Below are positions 44,703 to 52,936 of a DNA stretch of 64,000 bases, piece by piece. The stretch is taken from assembly GCA_040882355.1 (NCBI GenBank), contig JBBEBM010000004.1, forward strand, positions 112,482 through 176,481. Reading direction: 5' to 3'. The position numbers were made by a program, and so were the translations under genes. How positions within the stretch are numbered: the first letter of the stretch is position 1; each line of letters starts with the position of its first letter. This DNA comes from Dehalococcoidia bacterium (GTDB lineage Bacteria > Chloroflexota > Dehalococcoidia > DSTF01 > RBG-16-68-14). Under the pieces are notes generated by a model. The model was not told the origin of the DNA, ran no database searches, and was given only the letters and a program-made list of their open reading frames with translations.

Positions 44703-45241
44703 CGTCGCGCTCCCAGGTGGTCGAGGATGCGGTCGGCCACCTCGTCCGCCGAGACCTCGCTCGTGTCGAACGTGAGCGCCGCGGGCAGGCCGCTCGCCTC
44801 GAACGCGCGGTGCAGCGCCTCGACTGCGGGCGCGTCGTAGCGCTCGCTCTCGCGAGCGCGTTCGAGCAGCACGTCGAGCGGGCAGGTGAGTGCGACGAGC
44901 AGAGGCCGCACGTTCGGCACGGTGCTGACGAGGCCGAGCAGGTCGCGCAGGTCGCTGTCGTGTGTCGCCGCCGCGCCGTCCCGATAGAGCGCGAACGCGC
45001 CGTCAACGACGACGGCGTAGCGCGCCCGGATGTAGGTGGACGAGAGCAGCTTCATCTGGCGGTAGACCAGCTCGGCCTCGCTTGCGAGGTCGCTGTGGTG
45101 GCGAGCGATGGCGCGCCACCAGAGGTCGTCCTGCGAGATGATCGCCGCGTTGCCCGGCAAGCGCTCGGCCAGCGCCCGCGCCACCGCCGTCTTCCCAACC
45201 AGCGCGGGGCCTCGAATGACGACGAAGGGCAGGCCGGTCAT
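44699..45241 (-). CDS. P-loop small-molecule kinase / AAA_33-like protein
   Basis: GPALVGKT Walker A, VVVDG, LLERARER lid-like motif; ATGA-coupled on both sides. Confidence 0.78.
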   Translation of the reverse strand: MTGLPFVVIRGPALVGKTAVARALAERLPGNAAIISQDDLWWRAIARHHSDLASEAELVYRQMKLLSSTYIRARYAVVVDGAFALYRDGAAATHDSDLRDLLGLVSTVPNVRPLLVALTCPLDVLLERARESERYDAPAVEALHRAFEASGLPAALTFDTSEVSADEVADRILDHLGARR

Positions 45242-47307
45242 GAGGTCTCTCGCTCCATCACCACGTTCCCCACTTCATCCACAACCCCCGCCCAGCCCGG
45301 CGGCAGCGCCGTCGTCGCGTCGAGCTGGACGATGAGCGCGGGGCCGCGCAGCCGGTCGCCAGCGCGCAGCAGGTCGCGCTCGTAGACCGGCGTCCGGCGT
45401 CGTCGCCCCGCAAACCAAGCCTCGTGCTGGCCGACCCGAGCGCGCCGAGGGTCGCCGTCGCCTCGCTCGAGGCGCGGCAGGCGTATCGCCGCGCCCGGCG
45501 ACTCCGCCCGCACGCGCAGAGCAACGGCCTCGACTGGCCGTGACGCGTCGGCGTGGCCGTAGCGACGCTGATGGGCGCTGTGGAAGGCCTGGAGCAGGCG
45601 GGTCGGCGAGCAACCGTCCGCAGCGCTCGCGACCGGCACCGTCAGCTCGTGCGACTGGCCGGCGTAACGCAGGTCGAGCGCGCGGTGGAGTTGGACGCGG
45701 CCCTTTGCGCGCAGCTCTCGCGCCGCCTTCGCTTCGAGACGCTGGAAGGCGCGATCGATGCGTCTCGCGAACGCGTCGCCGGCGTCCGGCGGTAGCGGCG
45801 AGAGGAACGCCAGCACCTGGTCGTTCGTCACGGGCGCCGCAGCCATGCCGAACGCCGAGAGCACGCCGGGAAACGGCGGGATCAGCACACGCGGGATGCC
45901 CAGCGCCTCGGCCAGCTCGCACGCGTGGAGCGGGCCCCCGCCGCCGAATGCGACGAGCGTGAAGCGCCGCGGGTCGTGGCCGCGCTCGACGGAGATGACG
46001 CGGAGGGCGCGCTCCACGCTCACGTTCGCCACGCGCAGCACGCTCGCCGCTGCCTGCTCGATGTCGTTGTCGAACGCCCGCGCGACCGGTCGCATCGCCT
46101 GCCGGGCGGCGTCGATGGAGAGAGCCATACGTCCGCCGAGGAAGCGGTCGGGCAGAAGGCGCCCGAGCAGCAGGTGGGCGTCGGTGACGGTGGGCAGCGC
46201 ACCCCTGCCGTAACAGGCGGGGCCCGGGTCGGCGCCGGCGCTTTCCGGCCCGACGCGCAGGGCGCCGCCCGCGTCGATGCGCGCGATCGAGCCGCCGCCC
46301 GCGCCCACCGTGTGCACGTCGACGGTCGGGATGCGCATCGGCAGGCCGTCGATGGTCGCTTCGGCGGTGAAGGGCACGCCGCCGTAGCAGAGGCAGACGT
46401 CGGTGGACGTGCCGCCCATGTCGAGCGTGATGATCCGGTCGATACGGGCCGCGCGTGCCACTCGCCACGCGCCCGCGACGCCGCCCGCCGGTCCCGAGAG
46501 CACCGTGCGCACCGCCTGCGAGGCGGCTCGTTTCGGGCCCGCGCTGCCGCCGTTCGATTGCATCACGCGCAAGCGCGCCGCTTCGCCCCTCGCGTAGGCC
46601 AGGGCTTCACCCTGGCCGGTCCGACGCGCGGCGCGTCCGGCCGACGCCAAACCCGCTTCCAACCGCGAGAGGTAGCGCTCGACGACCGGCGCGACGTACG
46701 CGTTGAGCACCGTCGTGCTCGTGCGCTCGTACTCGCGGTACTCCGGCAGCACCTCGAAGGAGGCGGAGCAGGCGAGCCCGCGTCGCCGCGCCGCGTCGCG
46801 CACGAGGCGCTCGTGGGCGGGATCGAGGAACGAGAAGAGGAAGCAGACCGCGAGCGACTCGACGCGGCGCTTCGCCAGCCGGTCGAGCAGCGCCTCGACT
46901 TCGTCCGGCGACAGCGCCTGCAGCGCATCGCCGTGGTGGTCGAGGCGTTCGTTCGCCTCGAACCGCAGCTCGTCGGGCACCAGCGGCGGCGGGCGGCTCG
47001 GCTCTAGCTCGTACAGCTTCGGGCGTGCCTGCCGCCCGATCGCGAGCACGTCGCGAAAGCCGCGCGTCGTGATCAGCGCCGTGCGGGCGCCCTTGCGTTC
47101 CAGCACTGCGTTCGTCGCCACCGTCGAGCCGTGGACGACCTCATCCGGCGCCCAGCCAGCCTCGGCCAGCCCCTCCAGCACCGCCCGCGACGGGTCGTCG
47201 GGCGTCGAGGGGCGCTTGTAGACGCGGAGGGCGCCGTCCTGCCAGAGCAGGAAGTCGGTGAACGTCCCACCGACGTCAACCCCGAGCACTGATCGGGCGG
47301 ATGGCAT
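45238..47307 (-). CDS. Hydantoinase A / oxoprolinase family
   Basis: GVDVGGTFTD, HGSTVATN, SGPAGG, DMGGTSTD, GPESAGADPGP. Confidence 0.93.
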   Translation of the reverse strand: MPSARSVLGVDVGGTFTDFLLWQDGALRVYKRPSTPDDPSRAVLEGLAEAGWAPDEVVHGSTVATNAVLERKGARTALITTRGFRDVLAIGRQARPKLYELEPSRPPPLVPDELRFEANERLDHHGDALQALSPDEVEALLDRLAKRRVESLAVCFLFSFLDPAHERLVRDAARRRGLACSASFEVLPEYREYERTSTTVLNAYVAPVVERYLSRLEAGLASAGRAARRTGQGEALAYARGEAARLRVMQSNGGSAGPKRAASQAVRTVLSGPAGGVAGAWRVARAARIDRIITLDMGGTSTDVCLCYGGVPFTAEATIDGLPMRIPTVDVHTVGAGGGSIARIDAGGALRVGPESAGADPGPACYGRGALPTVTDAHLLLGRLLPDRFLGGRMALSIDAARQAMRPVARAFDNDIEQAAASVLRVANVSVERALRVISVERGHDPRRFTLVAFGGGGPLHACELAEALGIPRVLIPPFPGVLSAFGMAAAPVTNDQVLAFLSPLPPDAGDAFARRIDRAFQRLEAKAARELRAKGRVQLHRALDLRYAGQSHELTVPVASAADGCSPTRLLQAFHSAHQRRYGHADASRPVEAVALRVRAESPGAAIRLPRLERGDGDPRRARVGQHEAWFAGRRRRTPVYERDLLRAGDRLRGPALIVQLDATTALPPGWAGVVDEVGNVVMERETS

Positions 47308-47423
47308 GTCGAGGTGAGTATAGGGACGCGCTGGCGGGCGGCGCTAGCGGGAGGGCTGGGCATCCGCGTGCGTGGGTGCTAGGATCGGCGTACGATGCAG
47401 GTGGCTCAGCCGGAGGTATCTCA

Positions 47424-48044
47424 ATGGCCACGCAGACGCAGATAGTGCCGCTCCAGGAGTCGCAGCAGAAGATCGCCGGCGAGGTGCTCGCGCGGGCGTT
47501 CTTCGATGACCCGCTCAGCGAGTACCTCCTGCCGGACGAAGAGAAGCGCCGCAAGGTGCTGCCGTGGTTCTTCGGCAAGGGCGCGAAGTACGGCCACATG
47601 TTCGGCGAGGTGTATACGACGCCGGACAGCGTCGACGGCGCGGCGATCTGGCTGCCGCCGGAAGACTTTGTGATGACGCCGTATCGCATGCTGCGCTCCG
47701 GCATGCTCGCCGCGCCGTTCAAGTTCGGCCTGAGCACGTTCATGCGCTTCATGGGCGCGATGAACCACGTCGAAGAGCTGCACAAGCGCGACGTCTCGCC
47801 CAAGCACTGGTATCTCTTCATCCTCGGCGTCGACCCTGACCGGCAGGGCCAGGGTGTGGGCGGCCAGCTCATCCAGCCTGTCGTCACGCGCGCCGACGCC
47901 CAGGGCCTGCCCTGCTACCTGGAGACGATGAAGACGCGCAACGTGCCGTTCTACCGGAAGCACGGCTTCGAAGTCGTCGTCGAAGCGGACCTGCCGAAGG
48001 GCGGCCCGCACTTCTGGACGATGAAGCGCGAGCCCCGCGGCTAG
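47424..48044 (+). CDS. GNAT family acetyltransferase
   Basis: LARAFFDDP, HWYLFILGVDPDRQGQGVG, YLET, FYRKHGF; GGAGG RBS. Confidence 0.9.
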   Translation: MATQTQIVPLQESQQKIAGEVLARAFFDDPLSEYLLPDEEKRRKVLPWFFGKGAKYGHMFGEVYTTPDSVDGAAIWLPPEDFVMTPYRMLRSGMLAAPFKFGLSTFMRFMGAMNHVEELHKRDVSPKHWYLFILGVDPDRQGQGVGGQLIQPVVTRADAQGLPCYLETMKTRNVPFYRKHGFEVVVEADLPKGGPHFWTMKREPRG

Positions 48045-48054
48045 CCGCGAATCG

Positions 48055-48666
48055 ATGGCGGCTGAGGTCGTCGCACTCGACGCGTCGCGGCTCGACACGG
48101 CGGGCGACGTGCTCGCTCGCGCCTTCTTCGACGATCCGCTTAGCGTCTACCTCTTCCCGGACGACGCGAAGCGGCTCGATCAGTTGCGCTGGCTCTATCG
48201 AGGCAGCGCCCGCTACGCCCATCGCTATGGCGAGACGTACGTCACGCCCGCCGTGGAGGGCGTCGCGCTCTGGCTCCCGCCCGAGCGCCCGCACCCGAGC
48301 CAGCTCGGCATGATCCGCGTCGGGATGGGACTGGCGCCGCTCAAGTTCGGTCTAGGCTGGCTGCGTCGCTCCGTCGGCGCGATGAACGCGCTCGACGAGC
48401 GCCACAAGCTGGACGTAGCGCCGCGACACTGGTACCTGTTCCTGCTCGGCGTCGACACGTCCCACCAGCGTCAGGGCATCGGTGGCAGGCTGATCGAGCC
48501 CGTGCTGGCGAGAGCGGCGGCGGACGGCGTGACCTGCTACCTCGACACGACGAACGAGCGCAACGTCGCGTTCTATCGCAGGCACGGCTTCCAGGTGGTG
48601 ACGGCGGGTGAGGTGCCGGACCGCGGCCCGCGCTTCTGGACGATGACGCGCGCGCCGATCGACTAG
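48055..48666 (+). CDS. GNAT family acetyltransferase (tandem paralog)
   Basis: LARAFFDDP, HWYLFLLGV, QRQGIG, FYRRHGF. Confidence 0.9.
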   Translation: MAAEVVALDASRLDTAGDVLARAFFDDPLSVYLFPDDAKRLDQLRWLYRGSARYAHRYGETYVTPAVEGVALWLPPERPHPSQLGMIRVGMGLAPLKFGLGWLRRSVGAMNALDERHKLDVAPRHWYLFLLGVDTSHQRQGIGGRLIEPVLARAAADGVTCYLDTTNERNVAFYRRHGFQVVTAGEVPDRGPRFWTMTRAPID

Positions 48667-48668
48667 AC

Positions 48669-48692
48669 GTAGGGGAGCCCTTCAGGGCTCCC
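48669..48692. repeat. REP-like GTAG palindrome
   Basis: GTAGgggagcccttcagggctccc. Confidence 0.55.
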
Positions 48693-48713
48693 GCAACGCC
48701 ACCACGAGGAGGG

Positions 48714-48851
48714 ATGACGTTGCGGGAGATCGCCGCAGCCTACGGGGACGCCTGGAACGAGACCGGCGAAACGAAGCGCCGGGCGCGGCTCGAGAAGGAC
48801 TGGGCTGATTTCGGCGCCCGCGCCGACCCGCAGTCGCACGTCGAATGGTGA
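48714..48851 (+). pseudogene. 5' stub of SnoaL/NTF2-like gene
   Basis: GAGGAGG RBS; MTLREIAAAYGDAWNETGETKRRARLEKDWADFGARADPQSHVEW*. Confidence 0.6.
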
Positions 48852-48864
48852 CGAGGCGAGGCGG

Positions 48865-49893
48865 CTACGCGGTCGCCAACTGAACCGGCTTTCCTTGCCT
48901 GAGTGAAGTTTGCGCTGCAAACGACAGCTTGAGCGCTTCAATGGCTCGTTCGGCGCTGAGTAGCTCCGGGTCAGCCTCGCCCCGGACGCAGTCGACGAAA
49001 TACTGGCATTCGGCTTCATATGGGTCACCGTCAAAGAGCTGCACCTCTTCCGGCTTGCCGTTCGCTGGATACGACATCAGTCTCGAATCCGGCGGCCCGT
49101 CGCCCCCGAACACGGTGGTCAGCTCGAGAGCCTGCTCCTCACCGACAAGACGGAAGCCCACGCTGAAGGGAAAGCTGGCGGGCATGACACCGCTCGCTTC
49201 CACCTGCGCAATGACGTTGCTGCTGTACCGCACAGCAGCGAAGACGTGACCGGGACGGCCGTCCGGAAGTCTGGCGGCAGTGGCGGAGAGCTCCTGTGGT
49301 GAGCCAAGCAGCCAATTCAGCGCGTCGAAATCGAACGTCATCAGTTCGGTCGTGGGGTCGCTGTAGTGTTCCTTGAAGTCCGCCGCGTTGGGGCGAAGAT
49401 ACGAGCCAAGGCGATAGGCGTACGCAGCCACCGGTTTTCCCACCTGACCAGCGTCAAGCGCCCTCTTGATGTACTGGTAGGCGGCGATGGATCGCATCAG
49501 CAGGCCAACCAACAGAAGGCGGTCATTCGCCTGGGACGCGTCGAGCATGGCCTGCGCATCTTCCTGCGTCAGCGCCAGAGGTGTCTCGCAAAAGACATAC
49601 TTGCCAGCTTCGAGAGCCGCGACGACGAACTCGCGGTGCACTGGGGAGGGCAGACAGACGTCAACGGCGCCAACCGAGGGGTCGTCCAAGATCGCCCTGA
49701 GGTCGGTGCTGGCGCGTGCGCCCACCCTCTCGGCAATTGGGCCTATCTTGCTTCGGTTGCGACCGTAGACAGCGGCGACCTCGACCCCGGCACTATTGGC
49801 GTAGGCGGTCGCATGAACCGAGCCCATCTCACCTGCGCCTAGGACCGCTATTCGCAGGGGTTGCGCTGGCAGGGTATCGGAACGTCGCCGCAA
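48865..49893 (-). CDS. Gfo/Idh/MocA family oxidoreductase
   Basis: LGAGEMG, LPSPVH, AGKYVFCETPLA (EKP becomes ETP); lower GC3. Confidence 0.88.
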   Translation of the reverse strand: MRRRSDTLPAQPLRIAVLGAGEMGSVHATAYANSAGVEVAAVYGRNRSKIGPIAERVGARASTDLRAILDDPSVGAVDVCLPSPVHREFVVAALEAGKYVFCETPLALTQEDAQAMLDASQANDRLLLVGLLMRSIAAYQYIKRALDAGQVGKPVAAYAYRLGSYLRPNAADFKEHYSDPTTELMTFDFDALNWLLGSPQELSATAARLPDGRPGHVFAAVRYSSNVIAQVEASGVMPASFPFSVGFRLVGEEQALELTTVFGGDGPPDSRLMSYPANGKPEEVQLFDGDPYEAECQYFVDCVRGEADPELLSAERAIEALKLSFAAQTSLRQGKPVQLATA

Positions 49894-50004
49894 GGTGAGC
49901 TGCTCCTGGGACCAAATCTACTAGCTGGCCTGAGTGGGACCATCGGCGAGATTGCCTCGCCTTCTTCGTTTCCGCGTCGCTAGCATACGGTTTGCCCAGG
50001 AATA

Positions 50005-50162
50005 GCGCCACTCGCCGAGCGGACGGGCGCAGCGTCTCTCCCCAACCCGTCGCGATACAGTTAGCCTTGAGGCTGCTCGAACCCGTGCACGAGCACAATC
50101 GGCCGGCCCTCGCCGAAGACTTCGTAGTGGATGGGCACGCCGTTCGACTCGAAGAACGGCAC
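50005..50162 (-). pseudogene. Frameshifted 5' stub of an alpha/beta hydrolase
   Basis: MPFFESNGVPIHYEVFGEGRPIVLVHGF then frameshift to SSLKANCIATGWGETL. Confidence 0.7.
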
Positions 50163-50163
50163 C

Positions 50164-50994
50164 CTAGTGAGACACTTCGATGAGCGGTAGCACCTCGTTC
50201 AGGCTACCGGAGCGGAAGCCCGCCAAGTCCACCGTGACGTACTTGTAGCCCAGTTCCTTCAGCCGCTCGACGACGCGCTGGCGCGTCTGTGCGTCAAGCA
50301 GCACCGCGATGTCGTCCGGCTCCAGCTCGATGCGCGCGACGTCGTCGTGGTGGCGGACGCGGAGCTGGCGGATGCCGAGCGAGCGTAAGAACGCCTCGGC
50401 GTCGCTGATACGCTGCAGCGCTTCGACGGTGACCTCGGTGCCGTACGGGATGCGCGACGAGAGGCAGGCCATGGCGGGCTTGTCCCACGTCGGCAGGCCG
50501 CGTTCGTGCGAGAGGGCGCGGATCTCGTCCTTCGTCAGGCCGGCCTCGATGAGCGGGCTGCGAACCCCGTGCTCGCTCGCGGCGACCCGGCCCGGCCGGT
50601 GGTCACCCAGGTCGTCCACGTTGCAGCCGTCCACGACATAGGCGAAGCCGCGCTCGCGGGCGAGACCGGCCAGGAGGCCGTAGAGCTCGGTCTTGCAGTG
50701 ATAGCAGCGCTGCGCGGAGTTCTCGACATAACCATCGCGGTCCATCTCGTGCGTCTCGAGGCCCTCGTGGGCGATACCGATGAGCCGGGCCAGATCGCGC
50801 GCCTCCGCCACCTCAGATTCGGGTATAGAGGGCGAAATACCGGTCATCGCCAGCGCCCGCTCGCCGAGGGCGTCGAATGCGGCCGCGGCGACGAACGTGC
50901 TATCGACCCCGCCCGAGAAGGCGACGACGGCTGAGCTCATCTCGCTCAGGATGGCGCGGAGGTGGTCGAGCTTCGCTTGTAGGGGATCGTTCAT
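50164..50994 (-). CDS. larE: ATP-dependent sulfur transferase LarE
   Basis: AFSGGVDS PP-loop, RCYHCK, DHRPG, ACLSSRIPYG, GFRSGSLN. Confidence 0.9.
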   Translation of the reverse strand: MNDPLQAKLDHLRAILSEMSSAVVAFSGGVDSTFVAAAAFDALGERALAMTGISPSIPESEVAEARDLARLIGIAHEGLETHEMDRDGYVENSAQRCYHCKTELYGLLAGLARERGFAYVVDGCNVDDLGDHRPGRVAASEHGVRSPLIEAGLTKDEIRALSHERGLPTWDKPAMACLSSRIPYGTEVTVEALQRISDAEAFLRSLGIRQLRVRHHDDVARIELEPDDIAVLLDAQTRQRVVERLKELGYKYVTVDLAGFRSGSLNEVLPLIEVSH

Positions 50995-51117
50995 TTGTGC
51001 TCCTGACTGCTCGATTTTAGCACGGCGACCCCGCCTCGCCAATGAGCGCCTTCCTAAAGCGCCTTGCCGTGGAGCCGATACGTTAGATAGGGGAATCCCA
51101 CCTCCCCGAAGCTAACT

Positions 51118-52809
51118 ATGGGAAAACAATCAGCACGCAAAGTCTACGTCCTGTATGCGATCTGCACCATTCTGCTGGTGCTGCTCGTCAGCGTGCTCAC
51201 GGACGTCTTCCGCCTCGAGACGCTTCGGCGTCAGTCTGAGCGGGACGCCGCGCAGACCGTGAGCGATGTCCTCTCCCGCGAGCTGGAGAGCGCCGGGCCC
51301 GAGCTGAGCGATGATGAGATCGCCTCCTTCATGGCGCTCGCCGACGACCTCACGGGTACGGCGCTGCCGGCCGTTCGGGTGTGGCTGCCGAGCGGCGATC
51401 TGGTCGCATCGACGGACAGGGGCGACGAACTGCTCCTCAACCCCCAGGCGCTGGGCGAGGCTGCCAGCGGCGAGGATGCCGTGTTCAAAGAACAGCCCAC
51501 CGGCGGCGGTGCGGTGCTGGTGAGCTACGCCCCCACGACGACCGGCATGATTCTCGAGGTCCAGCAGGACTACGCACCCGTCGGCGAGTCTGTCGAGCAA
51601 AGCCGCTTGCTCTTCCTGCTACTGTCCGTGGCAGGCGGTGTCGGCCTCCTTGTCCTGCTGCCGGGGATCCTCTGGGCGGCCGGCCGCGGCCTCAACACGG
51701 AGTACAGCCGCCTGCTCTACCTCTACCGCACGGGGCAGTCGATCCGATCGACGCTGGATGTCTCGGACGTGCTCAGCCAGCTCGCGCGTGACGCATCCAC
51801 CTTCGCTCATGCCGACGTCGGCCTGACCGCGCTGGTCGAAGAGGACGGCAAGGACCTGATCCTCAAGGCCAGCTTCGAACGCGAGGGCGACACGATCTCA
51901 CAGCACCACCGCAAAGTGGAGGAGTGGTTCCTGCGTCGCTGCGCGGCTACCGGCGAGACGGTGCTGGCGCGGCAGGACCGCTTGCCGTACCGGAACCTGA
52001 TCGGTCACGAGCCGCCGAGTCACGGCCCCTCGTTTATCGTCGCCGTACCCATTCCGGGGCATTCGAGCACCATTGGCGTCGTCTCGCTCATCCGGCGTAA
52101 GGCCTTGGGCAAGTTCGGCTCGCAGGAAGTGCACGTGATTGAAGAGATGGCGTCGCAGGCGGCGATGACGGTCGAACAGGCGGTGCTTTTCGGCAAGATG
52201 CGCAACTACGCGACCGAAGTGGAGCTGAGCTACGACACGACCCTCAAGGTGCTGATGGCAGCGCTCGACGCGAAGGACTCGGCAACTGAGGGACACTCGG
52301 AGCGCGTGGCGAAGCTCACCGTCGTTATGGCGAAGGAGATGGGTATTCCCAAGGAGCGCCTGGTCGACATCGAGCGGGGCGCGCTGCTCCACGACGTGGG
52401 CAAGATCGGTGTGCCGGACGCGGTGCTCCAGAAGCCCGAGGCGCTCAACGAACTCGAGTGGGAAGCGATGGAGAAGCACCCGTTGCTCGCCGGCCTCATG
52501 GTCTCCAAGGTGGAGTTCCTGGAGGGCGCCCTCCCGATCCTGCTCTACCACCACGAGCACTACGACGGCACCGGCTATCCGTTCGGGCTAGAGGGCGACG
52601 CGATCCCGCTGGAAGCGCGTATCTTCACGATCGTCGACTCGTACGACGCGATGACCTCCGACCGCCCCTACCGAAAGGCGATGCGGACTGAGGAGGCGCT
52701 GGCGGAGATCCAGCGCAACGCCGGCATCCAGTTCGATCCCCAGGCGGTCGAGGCATTCGCGCGAGTGGTTGCCCGCATGCAGCCCGCCGAGAAGAAGAAG
52801 GCCGCCTAA
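51118..52809 (+). CDS. Membrane GAF + HD-GYP cyclic-dinucleotide phosphodiesterase
   Basis: Two TM segments, GAF-like region, GHSERV, LLHDVGKIG, HHEHYDGTGYP, SDRPYR. Confidence 0.9.
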   Translation: MGKQSARKVYVLYAICTILLVLLVSVLTDVFRLETLRRQSERDAAQTVSDVLSRELESAGPELSDDEIASFMALADDLTGTALPAVRVWLPSGDLVASTDRGDELLLNPQALGEAASGEDAVFKEQPTGGGAVLVSYAPTTTGMILEVQQDYAPVGESVEQSRLLFLLLSVAGGVGLLVLLPGILWAAGRGLNTEYSRLLYLYRTGQSIRSTLDVSDVLSQLARDASTFAHADVGLTALVEEDGKDLILKASFEREGDTISQHHRKVEEWFLRRCAATGETVLARQDRLPYRNLIGHEPPSHGPSFIVAVPIPGHSSTIGVVSLIRRKALGKFGSQEVHVIEEMASQAAMTVEQAVLFGKMRNYATEVELSYDTTLKVLMAALDAKDSATEGHSERVAKLTVVMAKEMGIPKERLVDIERGALLHDVGKIGVPDAVLQKPEALNELEWEAMEKHPLLAGLMVSKVEFLEGALPILLYHHEHYDGTGYPFGLEGDAIPLEARIFTIVDSYDAMTSDRPYRKAMRTEEALAEIQRNAGIQFDPQAVEAFARVVARMQPAEKKKAA

Positions 52810-52862
52810 CTCCCACCGTGCCCCTTCCGGCTCACCGGCGTAGGCCGATAAGCGGGCTGCGT

Positions 52863-52892
52863 TTGACCGTTCATTCAGCGCAAAGTTATGAT
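52863..52892 (+). promoter_or_regulatory. Promoter with overlapping TetR-like operator
   Basis: TTGACC-18 nt-TATGAT; imperfect palindrome TGACCGTTCATTCA at 52864-52877. Confidence 0.5.
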
Positions 52893-52936
52893 ATGGTCGC
52901 TGACTGAGAGAGCATTCCGAGCGGAAAGGGAGATCC

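Noticed and set aside
48849-48851. Selenocysteine or readthrough at the SnoaL stub TGA
   Set aside because: Not a Cys position, sequence is degenerate and runs into the convergent gene
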